64,000 nt of DNA from Chloroflexia bacterium (GTDB lineage: Bacteria > Chloroflexota > Chloroflexia > Thermomicrobiales > CADCWN01). The stretch lies in the NCBI GenBank assembly GCA_039810045.1, contig JBDHWF010000004.1, positions 810 through 64,809 of the forward strand, given 5' to 3'. Numbering within the stretch: position 1 is the first letter of the stretch; each line of letters opens with the position of its first letter. The notes under the pieces are model-generated. The model saw only the letters and a list, made by a program, of their open reading frames with translations. It did not search any database and had not been told where the DNA came from. Shown here piece by piece: positions 7,926-16,196 of the stretch. The position numbers and the translations under genes were made by a program.

Positions 7926-10088
7926 GTGGATGGGGAGGGAAGATCAAGCGTGGCCGAGGCAAAAGCGATCGATCCACGCAAGGTGACGACCACGACGCCC
8001 CTGCGGCAACGCGAATCGATCCGCACTCTGGCGCTCTTTCTCTGCTTTCTTGGGCTCTATCTGCTCACCACCAGTGGACATTTCTACGCCGTTGACGAAG
8101 AAACGATCTATGTGCTGACCGAGAGTATCGGCGCACATGGCACGTTTGCGTTGCCACGCGGCGCGTGGGGACTCGTTCTCAGCCCGCAAAGCCCCGAACC
8201 AGGGCCAGCGTACAGTATTTTCCCACCCGGTCAGCCATTCGCCGCTCTACCACTCTTTTTCATCGGTCAACTCGTAGCCCCGCTCTTTCCTGCGGCCCAG
8301 GAAGGTTATGTGCTGCGTTTCTTTGTCGCGCTGCTCGGCTCATTCACCACGGCGGCGATGGTGGCGTTGCTCTATCGGCTAGCGCGACTGCTGGGCTATG
8401 GCGGGCGAACAGCGCTGGCCTTCGCCGCGATCTATGGCCTCGCCACAACCGCATGGCCACAAGGCCGCACCTTCTTTGCCGAACCGCTGACCGCCCTGCT
8501 GCTCGTCTTCGGATTCTACGGGATCCGTCGGGGCACCATGACCCAAGAGATCGCGGAAACGGGATGCAGCGACAGGAGGACTCGACTGATCCTGCTTGCT
8601 GCTGGGGCGTCCACCGTGGCGTCGTTAGTGGTCAAGCCGCACGCAGCACTCGCCCTCCCTGGGTTAGGGCTCTATCTGCTCTGGCGGGCAGGCGACTTCC
8701 ATCGCGCTGATCGGCGCTGGGCCTTCAGTTGGCGGCAGGTAATCACCCCAATTGCCACCTTTTGCCTCGGCGGATTGCTGATCGCCCTACCCTACGCCCT
8801 CCTGAACTGGCGGCTCTTTGGCGCACCGTTCAGCACTGGCTATGGCACCAGCCCCCTTTCCGGCTTTACGCACCCCTTCTTACGCGGCCTGCTGGGACTG
8901 ACATTTGCGACTGGTCGGGGGATCTTTTGGTTCTCACCACCGCTCTTTCTCGCGCTATTTGCCGCCCGTCGATTCTTCCGGCAGCACCCCGCCGAAGCGA
9001 TCGCCTGTCTCACGGTGGTAGTGTGCCATTATGCGTTCTATTGCGGGCATTTTGAGTGGGCGGGCGGGGGCGCATGGGGGCCGCGCTATCTGATGATTGC
9101 GCTGCCGTTTGCCTATCTGCCAGTTGCTGCCTGGCTCAGTGCGCCACCAGGCCGCAGTGTCGCGCAAGTCGCCACGGCGCTGATTGTAATCGCGGGCTTC
9201 GTTGTCCAACTTCTCCCGATTGCGGTCAACTTCGACTTCAATCGAACCGAAGAAGAACGCCAGAACTTTGTGCCTGCGGCTTCGCCACATCTCTGGATGA
9301 CGCGCACCTTTATCTCACGGGTACGCGAATGGTCGGCAGTCGCCCTGCCGCCAGCGAATACGGTGATGCTCCGCGCTGGTTATCTGACCCGCGAATCGGA
9401 GGAACATCGCGAAATCTTTCCACGCTGGACCAATGGCGACGGCAAATTCGTCATCTACGCCGCTGCCGCCGCCGATCATACGGTAAAACTCACCTTCTTC
9501 GACCATCGACCAGCGAATCTCCGTATCACGCCACCAACGATCCTGGTCAATGGCGCGGCCTTACCCGCCGCTGCCGTCGAACGCCAGAGTATCACCGCCG
9601 ATGGCGAAGGTTGGATCTACCAGTTTACGGTGCCAGCCAGTGCCTTCAGTGGCAACCAGGCAACGGTCACGCTGCAAAGCCCCCCCTGGAACCCACACAC
9701 CCTTGGCCTCAGCGATCGCGACGAGAATTTGGGCGTTTTCGTCCACAATATCGAGGTTTGGCGAGCTGGTGTGCCCCTAACGATTGCCGACACACCAGAG
9801 TACCTGATCATCGATCCAATGCCCGATACTCCACACTGGCGATTCTGGTGGTTCAACAGCGACCATCAACGCCATCACTTGCTCGATCACTGGGCGTGGT
9901 ACGCCGCCGTCGCTGGCTTCCCCCGCGACTTCACGATCCGCTGGATTGCCGCCCTCACTGGCGTCTTCGCAACAGTGCTGGGCAGTGGCCTGATCTTGGG
10001 TCTGCGCGCACTTCCCACTGGTTTCTGGCGGCGCCCCACACGCCGCAAGACGCGCCTCCGTCCGGCAGCCAAAGCAGCAGTGGGCTAG
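7926..10088 (+). CDS. GT-C-fold membrane glycosyltransferase (ArnT/PMT-like) with C-terminal non-membrane module and a final TM helix
   Basis: 720 aa. TM1 is followed by a loop with the acidic motif HFYAVDEE, as in GT-C enzymes, then about 12 hydrophobic segments. About 200 aa are soluble-looking (..KFVIYAAAAADHTVKLTFFD..ATVTLQSPPWNPH..), then a last TM. The start could instead be GTG 7950. Confidence 0.6.
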   Translation: MDGEGRSSVAEAKAIDPRKVTTTTPLRQRESIRTLALFLCFLGLYLLTTSGHFYAVDEETIYVLTESIGAHGTFALPRGAWGLVLSPQSPEPGPAYSIFPPGQPFAALPLFFIGQLVAPLFPAAQEGYVLRFFVALLGSFTTAAMVALLYRLARLLGYGGRTALAFAAIYGLATTAWPQGRTFFAEPLTALLLVFGFYGIRRGTMTQEIAETGCSDRRTRLILLAAGASTVASLVVKPHAALALPGLGLYLLWRAGDFHRADRRWAFSWRQVITPIATFCLGGLLIALPYALLNWRLFGAPFSTGYGTSPLSGFTHPFLRGLLGLTFATGRGIFWFSPPLFLALFAARRFFRQHPAEAIACLTVVVCHYAFYCGHFEWAGGGAWGPRYLMIALPFAYLPVAAWLSAPPGRSVAQVATALIVIAGFVVQLLPIAVNFDFNRTEEERQNFVPAASPHLWMTRTFISRVREWSAVALPPANTVMLRAGYLTRESEEHREIFPRWTNGDGKFVIYAAAAADHTVKLTFFDHRPANLRITPPTILVNGAALPAAAVERQSITADGEGWIYQFTVPASAFSGNQATVTLQSPPWNPHTLGLSDRDENLGVFVHNIEVWRAGVPLTIADTPEYLIIDPMPDTPHWRFWWFNSDHQRHHLLDHWAWYAAVAGFPRDFTIRWIAALTGVFATVLGSGLILGLRALPTGFWRRPTRRKTRLRPAAKAAVG

Positions 10089-10092
10089 CTGG

Positions 10093-11826
10093 TCAGAACC
10101 CCAGCGCGTAGCATTCGCGGCGGGGGTCAGCCCCACCGATCCGGGTACCAGTAGCGGGATCCACCACAATCGCACAGACCGAGCAGGCCGCACCGTTCCA
10201 GTCGGGCCAGACGTTGATCCGATGCCCTCGCGCTGCCAGCGCGTCGCGCACCGCAGGCGCGATCCGCCCTTCGACATTCAGCAACCCCGGTTGATAGCCG
10301 TGCGGCCAGAACGAATCAGGGAACGACTCGCTGATCACGCGTGGTTCCTCAATCGCCCGCTGCGGATTCATCCCAAAGGCCGCGATATTCAGGAAAACCT
10401 GCAACATCGCCTGGGTCTGGCCGTCGCCACCGGGGCAACCAAACGGCATGAACAATTCGCCGTCGCGCAATGCCAGTGCAGGATTCGGTGTCAGGCGGGG
10501 CCGCTTGCCCGGAGCAACCACCGAAGGATGCGCGGGGTCAAGCCAGCCCTGTGACCCACGAGTCGACAGCGGGAGGCCCAAACCGGGGACCAATGGCGCG
10601 GTCAGCGCACTATCGCTGGGCGTTGCGGAAAACGCATTGCCCGCAGCATCAACGACGCAGCAATAGGCGGTATCAGGCCCTGGTGGGGCCGCCACGAGAT
10701 CGGGACGACGCTGGGTAATATCGAGGTGTTCAGCCCCAGCCATATATGGGCGGGGATCGCCAGATGGGGGCATCTCCAGCCAGGCGCGGGCGGGGTCAAT
10801 CTGGCTGCGCCGCGCTGCCGCATAATCTGGGGAGAGCAGACCAGCGAGTGGCACATCGACGAAATCAGGGTCGCCGTAGAAACGGTCGCGGTCGGCAAAG
10901 GCGAGATTCAACGCCTCAGCGACGAGATGCAGATAATCAGCGCTATTGTGGCCGAGTGCTGGCAAATCATCGTGCGCCAGTATCGACAAGGCTTGGGGAA
11001 TCACTGGCCCCTGGCACCAGGGGCCACAGGCAAAAACCGTGAACTCGTGGAAGGTGGTTTGGGTGGGCGCTTCGTGGCCGACGCGGAAATTGGCAAGATC
11101 ATCGCCCGTAAGCAGGCCGCCTTCTACGGCACTGTGCCGCGCCATCGCCTCAGCCAGATCGCCTTCATAGAAGCGTTTGCGGGCGGCTTCCAGGCCAGCC
11201 GCGCGATTCGCCGCGCCCTGCTCTGCCTCGATCAGCTTGCGAAAGGTCTGCGCCAGTTCTGGTTGCCGCCAGACCTCCCGTTCACGCGGCGCACGACCAC
11301 CGGGCAGAAACGTTGCTGCTGATGAGGGCCACGTGGCGACCAGGGCCGCTTCTTTCGCGAACGTTGCGGCTAATCGGGGATAGAGCGGGAAGCCGCGCTC
11401 GGCCAGCGTCATCGCGGGGGCAACCACCTCGGCAAAGGTCATCGTGCCGTGCCGTGCCAGGGCGTCGAGCCACGCGGCGGCTGCCGCCGGGGTGACGGTG
11501 CGGGCGATCCCTTCGGGCATATCGCCGCCGAACTGCTCCTGGTACCACGCAAGTGAGATCGCAGCGGGCCAGCGCCCTAACCCACTGATTGTCTCCACCT
11601 GGCGCGTCGCGGCGTCCCAGGTCATGATCGGTGCGACACCACCAAAGCAGGTTAGGTGCGGTTCCAGCACATTGATGCAGATCCCAGCCGCTACTCCGGC
11701 ATCGGTCGCATTACCACCAGCTTTGAGGATTTCGACTCCGGCAGCGGTTGCCAGGTAATGTGTGGTCGAAACCATTGCCTGCCCGCCCATCACCGCTGGA
11801 CGATAAGCCCCATACCATTGCACCAT
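10093..11826 (-). CDS. ggt: Gamma-glutamyltransferase family protein
   Basis: GMV-type N-terminus (GGQAMVSTTHYLAT), GGNATDAGVA, and the autoprocessing region GPDTAYCCVVDAAGNAFSATPSD. Start moved to ATG 11826, with AAGGAGG 8 nt upstream. The track maximum is 11865. Confidence 0.85.
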   Translation of the reverse strand: MVQWYGAYRPAVMGGQAMVSTTHYLATAAGVEILKAGGNATDAGVAAGICINVLEPHLTCFGGVAPIMTWDAATRQVETISGLGRWPAAISLAWYQEQFGGDMPEGIARTVTPAAAAAWLDALARHGTMTFAEVVAPAMTLAERGFPLYPRLAATFAKEAALVATWPSSAATFLPGGRAPREREVWRQPELAQTFRKLIEAEQGAANRAAGLEAARKRFYEGDLAEAMARHSAVEGGLLTGDDLANFRVGHEAPTQTTFHEFTVFACGPWCQGPVIPQALSILAHDDLPALGHNSADYLHLVAEALNLAFADRDRFYGDPDFVDVPLAGLLSPDYAAARRSQIDPARAWLEMPPSGDPRPYMAGAEHLDITQRRPDLVAAPPGPDTAYCCVVDAAGNAFSATPSDSALTAPLVPGLGLPLSTRGSQGWLDPAHPSVVAPGKRPRLTPNPALALRDGELFMPFGCPGGDGQTQAMLQVFLNIAAFGMNPQRAIEEPRVISESFPDSFWPHGYQPGLLNVEGRIAPAVRDALAARGHRINVWPDWNGAACSVCAIVVDPATGTRIGGADPRRECYALGF

Positions 11827-11915
11827 TGCGTTAACCTCCTTTGCCCTGTGGCCTTCCAGCATCACTGATACTGTTCACTTACCACAGTTCGCGGCGGTTG
11901 GGCAAACGCACAGGC

Positions 11916-12227
11916 TCAGTCCTTTGCAGGATGCTCCAGCTTGATAATCCCACCCACCCCCGTTGGCGGCTCAGCCAGCAGTTGCTGCACAACGGGCAGC
12001 AACGCCTGGCGCATCGGGTGTTTCGCCATCCGCTGTTCGTCTTCCTGGCTATTCCAGATCACGACACTATTGAAAACCCCAGCCTCGGCAATCGAGCGGG
12101 CCAGCGCCCAATAGCGTAAACCGCGGCCCTCACGGCGCAGCAGATCTTCCAGCAGTTCCATCTGTGCGACAAACCGCCCCTCTTGCCCCGCCTTGACTCG
12201 ATAGCGCCCTGTTACCATATAGGCCAT
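11916..12227 (-). CDS. Small ABM/Dabb-fold protein (antibiotic-biosynthesis-monooxygenase-like)
   Basis: About 103 aa from ATG 12227, preceded by CAGGAGGGAG. The size and the ..VVIWNSQEDEQRMAKHP.. pattern resemble an ABM domain. Function is uncertain. Confidence 0.5.
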   Translation of the reverse strand: MAYMVTGRYRVKAGQEGRFVAQMELLEDLLRREGRGLRYWALARSIAEAGVFNSVVIWNSQEDEQRMAKHPMRQALLPVVQQLLAEPPTGVGGIIKLEHPAKD

Positions 12228-12335
12228 TGGTATCACTCCCTCCTGTATCATTCATTTCCTGGTCAATCTACGCAATGAGCATCCCCTTGGTAGCACGCTG
12301 ATCGTATTGCCTCTACACCTTGGTAACAAGGGGGC

Positions 12336-12366
12336 TTGACTTTACCCCAAGGGGAAGCCCTACCCT
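12336..12366 (+). promoter_or_regulatory. Candidate MerR-type promoter with 19-nt spacer (TTGACT-N19-TACCCT)
   Basis: -35 at 12336-12341 and -10 at 12361-12366. The spacer ttaccccaaggggaagccc contains the imperfect dyad TTACCCC-AA-GGGGAAG. It lies directly upstream of the MerR-family gene. Confidence 0.4.
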
Positions 12367-12381
12367 TATTGCAGGTGGGCA

Positions 12382-13287
12382 ATGGCAGATAGCGGGAGAA
12401 TAGAACGCGTGACGCATGATCTCGGACAATACAAGCGCAACAATACCGCAAGTGGCTTCCTCAGCATCAGCACCTTTGCCCGCCGCGCTCGGTTATCGCC
12501 AAAGGCACTGCGCCTCTACGACCGCCTGAACTTACTACTGCCCGCGCAGATCGATCAGGAGAGTGGCTATCGCTACTACCACGAAACCCAGTTAGCCACT
12601 GCCCGCCTGATCGCACTACTCCGGCGACTCGATATGCCACTCGCCCAAATCGCTGTGGTAATCGCGCAACCCGCGCCCGATGCCGCCGCCCTGATCGCGG
12701 CATATTGGGCCACAGTCGAGCGAAGATTTGCCACCCAACAGACCTTAGCCACCTACATTGATGATCAACTGCGGGGCGATGAAAGGAGCCTGAAGATGTT
12801 CACCGTCCACCAACGGCAGCAGCCAGCACAAACGGTGCTGACCGAGCAGCGGTATCTGCAAGTAGCCGAACTCACCACGTTTATCGGCGCGGCAATGCAC
12901 CGCCTCCATCAGCTTGCCCAGGATCATGGCGGCGTGGTCGCTCCACCATTCGTGATCTATCACGGTCAGGTCGATGAAGATAACGATGGCCCAGTCGAAG
13001 TCTGCGTACCAATCGACCCGACTCAGACCACTGCCGCCCTACCAGTGCGGCACGAGCCTGCCCATCAAGCGGGCTACACCACGATCACCAAAGCGCAGGT
13101 AGCGTTCCCCCAGATCCTCGCCGCCTACGATGCAGTGGCGCGCTGGCTGACCGAGCAAGGTCATCAGCACCTTGGCGCACCGCGCGAAATCTACTTCACC
13201 GATTTTGCAGCGGCGAGTCCCAACGATCTCGTTTGTGACATCGCCTACCCGATCATTGACGCGGCAGCAGACGAACAATCGTCCTGA
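12382..13287 (+). CDS. MerR-family transcriptional regulator with GyrI-like effector-binding domain
   Basis: 301 aa. N-terminal MerR HTH (FLSISTFARRARLSPKALRLYDRLNLLLPAQIDQESGYRYY), then a coiled linker and a GyrI/SbmC-like C-terminal half. Confidence 0.8.
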   Translation: MADSGRIERVTHDLGQYKRNNTASGFLSISTFARRARLSPKALRLYDRLNLLLPAQIDQESGYRYYHETQLATARLIALLRRLDMPLAQIAVVIAQPAPDAAALIAAYWATVERRFATQQTLATYIDDQLRGDERSLKMFTVHQRQQPAQTVLTEQRYLQVAELTTFIGAAMHRLHQLAQDHGGVVAPPFVIYHGQVDEDNDGPVEVCVPIDPTQTTAALPVRHEPAHQAGYTTITKAQVAFPQILAAYDAVARWLTEQGHQHLGAPREIYFTDFAAASPNDLVCDIAYPIIDAAADEQSS

Positions 13288-13298
13288 AAGGAAAATCA

Positions 13299-14219
13299 AT
13301 GCACGCGACTGACTTCTACGCAACCCAAAGCCTGATCACCGATCCCGGCCCAACCATCGCCAAACTCACCGACCTACCCCGCGATCTCCGCGCCCTGCAA
13401 CAACTCACCAGCCAACTGATCTTTCATTACCGCGCTGATGGCGACCTAGCAGCCAATCAGATCGCGCCAGCCCGGATCGCGGAGATCGATTCACGCTATG
13501 CCCGCACGATTTTCGCCCGCCTGTTTGCCCTCACCGATCAACCGCTGACAACCAGACGCGCCCCGCACGAGCGCGTAGTTGGCTGTTGCCGCGACTTTTC
13601 GGTACTTTTTCTCGCCCTCGCCCGCCAGCAGGGGATCCCCGCCCGCGGGCGGGTCGGTTTCGCCAGCTATTTTCTCGATGGATGGTACCTCGACCACATG
13701 ATTGTCGAAGCCTGGGATGCCCCAGCACAACGCTGGCGGCTGATTGATCCACAACTCCGCGCTGGACACCAGGACCCCCATGATGGTGTCGTGATCGATC
13801 CACTTGATCTCTCAGCAGACCGCTTCATCGTTGGCCCCCAGGCATGGCACGCCTGCCGCACAGGCAATGCCAACCCTGAGCAATTCGTGGTTGATCCGGG
13901 ATTGCTGGAGCCAATTACCAGAAGTTGGCCCTACCTCGCCCATAATCTGGTACTCGATCTGGCGGCCTTGAATAAGCACGAGATGATCTTGTGGGATGCC
14001 TGGGGGTTGGGCGGGCAATTAACCCATACCAAGGAAGAATTGACGATACTCGACAAGACCGCCGCCGCAATGCTCGCCGAGCCATTCGCCCTCAACACCT
14101 TGCAGCAACTCTACCAGCGCGATGGCCTACGCCTACCCAAAACCGTGACGACGTATAGTCCAGCAGGGAGTCCACAGGAACTGCCAACGCAGACAGTTGT
14201 CGGGGCAATACCTGATTAG
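13299..14219 (+). CDS. Transglutaminase-like cysteine-protease-fold protein
   Basis: 306 aa. GCCRDFSVLFLALARQQGIPAR is the typical transglutaminase-core Cys context. Confidence 0.7.
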   Translation: MHATDFYATQSLITDPGPTIAKLTDLPRDLRALQQLTSQLIFHYRADGDLAANQIAPARIAEIDSRYARTIFARLFALTDQPLTTRRAPHERVVGCCRDFSVLFLALARQQGIPARGRVGFASYFLDGWYLDHMIVEAWDAPAQRWRLIDPQLRAGHQDPHDGVVIDPLDLSADRFIVGPQAWHACRTGNANPEQFVVDPGLLEPITRSWPYLAHNLVLDLAALNKHEMILWDAWGLGGQLTHTKEELTILDKTAAAMLAEPFALNTLQQLYQRDGLRLPKTVTTYSPAGSPQELPTQTVVGAIPD

Positions 14220-14226
14220 TCACTGG

Positions 14227-14742
14227 TTAATAGCTAATCAATGCCTGGATATCGTAGCCAGCAAGCGCTGCTCGTCCTTCCAAGAAGGCCAGTTCGATCA
14301 GGAAGGCGCAGCCAGCGACGATACCGCCCAGTTGCTCAACCAGATCAATCGAAGCACGGCAGGTGCCACCAGTCGCCAGCAAATCATCAACGATCAAGAC
14401 ACGTTCACCAGCAGCAATCGCGTCGCGGTGCATCTCAACCGTATTCGTCCCATATTCCAGGGCGTACTCAGCCTGGACAGTCTCGGCGGGCAATCGGCCC
14501 AACTTCCGCGCCAGGACAAACCCAGCACCCAGGCGGTCGGCCAGTGGTGCGCCAAAGATGAATCCGCGTGACTCAATCCCAACCACTTTCGTCACGTTGT
14601 AATCACGGCACCGTGCCTCAAGTTCGTCGAGGGATTGCCGAAACGCTGTTGGATCAGATAACAGCGTCGTAATATCCTTGAAGACAATTCCTTCTTTGGG
14701 AAAGTCGGGAATATCGCGAATGTAGTCTGCTAACACGACCAT
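14227..14742 (-). CDS. apt: Adenine phosphoribosyltransferase
   Basis: 171 aa. FKDITTLL and the PRPP-binding motif VLIVDDLLATGGT. Confidence 0.92.
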   Translation of the reverse strand: MVVLADYIRDIPDFPKEGIVFKDITTLLSDPTAFRQSLDELEARCRDYNVTKVVGIESRGFIFGAPLADRLGAGFVLARKLGRLPAETVQAEYALEYGTNTVEMHRDAIAAGERVLIVDDLLATGGTCRASIDLVEQLGGIVAGCAFLIELAFLEGRAALAGYDIQALISY

Positions 14743-14868
14743 CTGTAATACACCCTCTCATCCAACGCCGCAGCCCACGCCATAGCACGCGCCCCAGTAG
14801 GCTACATTACCAGTGGGAGCAGATGCAACTTGCCTGTTATGGAAACACGTACTGTTCGTGATCGCTAG

Positions 14869-15846
14869 CTAATCGAGGGCGTCCTCAAGAGTAGCCGCGA
14901 GGGGGTGGGCACGGAGCAAGCCGAGGGCGCGGGCTTCGAGTTGGCGGGTGCGTTCCCCAGAGATCCCCAGGGCAGCGCCCACCTGCTGCAAGGTGCGTGG
15001 TGCGCTGCCATCAAGACCATGCCGCAAAATCAGCAAGGCGCGTTCACGACAGGGCAGCGTGTCCAGCAGGGTTCCAATCGAATCACGGGCGATCAGGTTG
15101 CCGACCAGGGCTGGCAGAGGACGATCATGATCGACGATTGCCTCACCAAGCGAAGCATCGTCACCGTCACTATCAGCCCGCAGCGGCGCATCAAGTGAGG
15201 CAGGAATAGTGGCGGCAATCCGCAGCGCATCAAACCGCCAGAGCGCGATCCCGCAGGCGGCGGCTAGCTCGGCGGGAGTTGGCTCGCGGCCCAGTTGATC
15301 AGGCAACGCTTCTTCTGCCCGCCGCAACTCGCGCAGGGCCTGCCAGCTATTTGCGGGCAACCGTACCAATCGCCCCCGATCATCGAGGGCGCGGGTGATC
15401 GCCTTACGAATCGGCCAGCGCGCAAACGTACTGAAGCGGTGTCCACGCTCGCGCTCGAACCGATCAACTGCCGCAATCAATCCCAGATTCCCTTCGGCAA
15501 TCAGCTCAGGCAGGGAAAGGCCCAACCCGATATAGTGTCGGGCTACCCCCACCACCAACCGCAGGTTTGCCGCGATAATCTCTGAACGCGCCGCACTACG
15601 GGCTGCGGTATCTCCTTCAGCCAGTTGCCGAAAAAGATCAGCCTCGCCCGTTGGCGTGAGCAACGGGATCTGACCAGCCTCGCGCAGATAACGGGCGAGC
15701 AACTCCCGCTCAGAGAACTGCTCGCCGCCCAGATAGTCGCTATCGTCGTCGTTCGCTGGTGGCGCGTCAGCTGCTTCATTTTCATGGATCGTACGCAGGG
15801 GTTGCTCCCCCAGGCGTTCTTTTTCCAATAACCAGTGTTCGCGCAT
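14869..15846 (-). CDS. Sigma-70-family RNA polymerase sigma factor (no region 1.1)
   Basis: Region 2 (NLRLVVGVARHYIGLGLSLPELIAEGNLGLIAAVDRFERERGHRFSTFA) and region 4 HTH (RTLQQVGAALGISGERTRQLEARAL). The start is uncertain: ATG 15846, or TTG 15888 as in the track. Confidence 0.8.
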   Translation of the reverse strand: MREHWLLEKERLGEQPLRTIHENEAADAPPANDDDSDYLGGEQFSERELLARYLREAGQIPLLTPTGEADLFRQLAEGDTAARSAARSEIIAANLRLVVGVARHYIGLGLSLPELIAEGNLGLIAAVDRFERERGHRFSTFARWPIRKAITRALDDRGRLVRLPANSWQALRELRRAEEALPDQLGREPTPAELAAACGIALWRFDALRIAATIPASLDAPLRADSDGDDASLGEAIVDHDRPLPALVGNLIARDSIGTLLDTLPCRERALLILRHGLDGSAPRTLQQVGAALGISGERTRQLEARALGLLRAHPLAATLEDALD

Positions 15847-16196
15847 ATCCCTTATCCCACACCATATTGACTGGTGCAGTGATCCCAATCCAGCCAGTTT
15901 GGTACCATACGCTCAAGTCTACAGGCTTTACTATTATCAGACAGTCGGGATGGCAATGATTCTATTGTCAGTATTGGCCTGACTTTCATGTGGGGATTTT
16001 CCCTACATCGACGCGCTGGCGCACTAGTCGTTCATTCGTCCAAAAAGCCCAGGTAATCTCCTATTATTCCTCCAACGCAATATGCCATCGACGCGCTACT
16101 CACCGTGCTATACCCTGTGATACTCCTTACCAACACACCGTATGGTATGGTAGCGTTGCAGCTAGATGGGCGATGAATTGGTGGGTGGGACGAACG

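Noticed and set aside
9056-10111. 351-aa ORF in an alternative frame of the GT-C gene.
   Set aside because: Extremely Arg/Cys/Pro-rich, with no SD, and it fully overlaps a gene with coherent TM architecture. It is an off-frame artefact. The same reasoning applies to 5789-6538, 8165-8710, 18011-18586, 26812-27498, 33064-34122, 35651-36157, 55542-56015, 57581-58222 and 58897-59700.
15990-16196. 69-codon N-terminal extension of the kinase ORF (GTG 15990).
   Set aside because: The kinase G-loop begins about 20 residues after ATG 16197. The extension covers promoter-like hexamers and the 12-nt direct repeats, and it has a non-protein-like composition.
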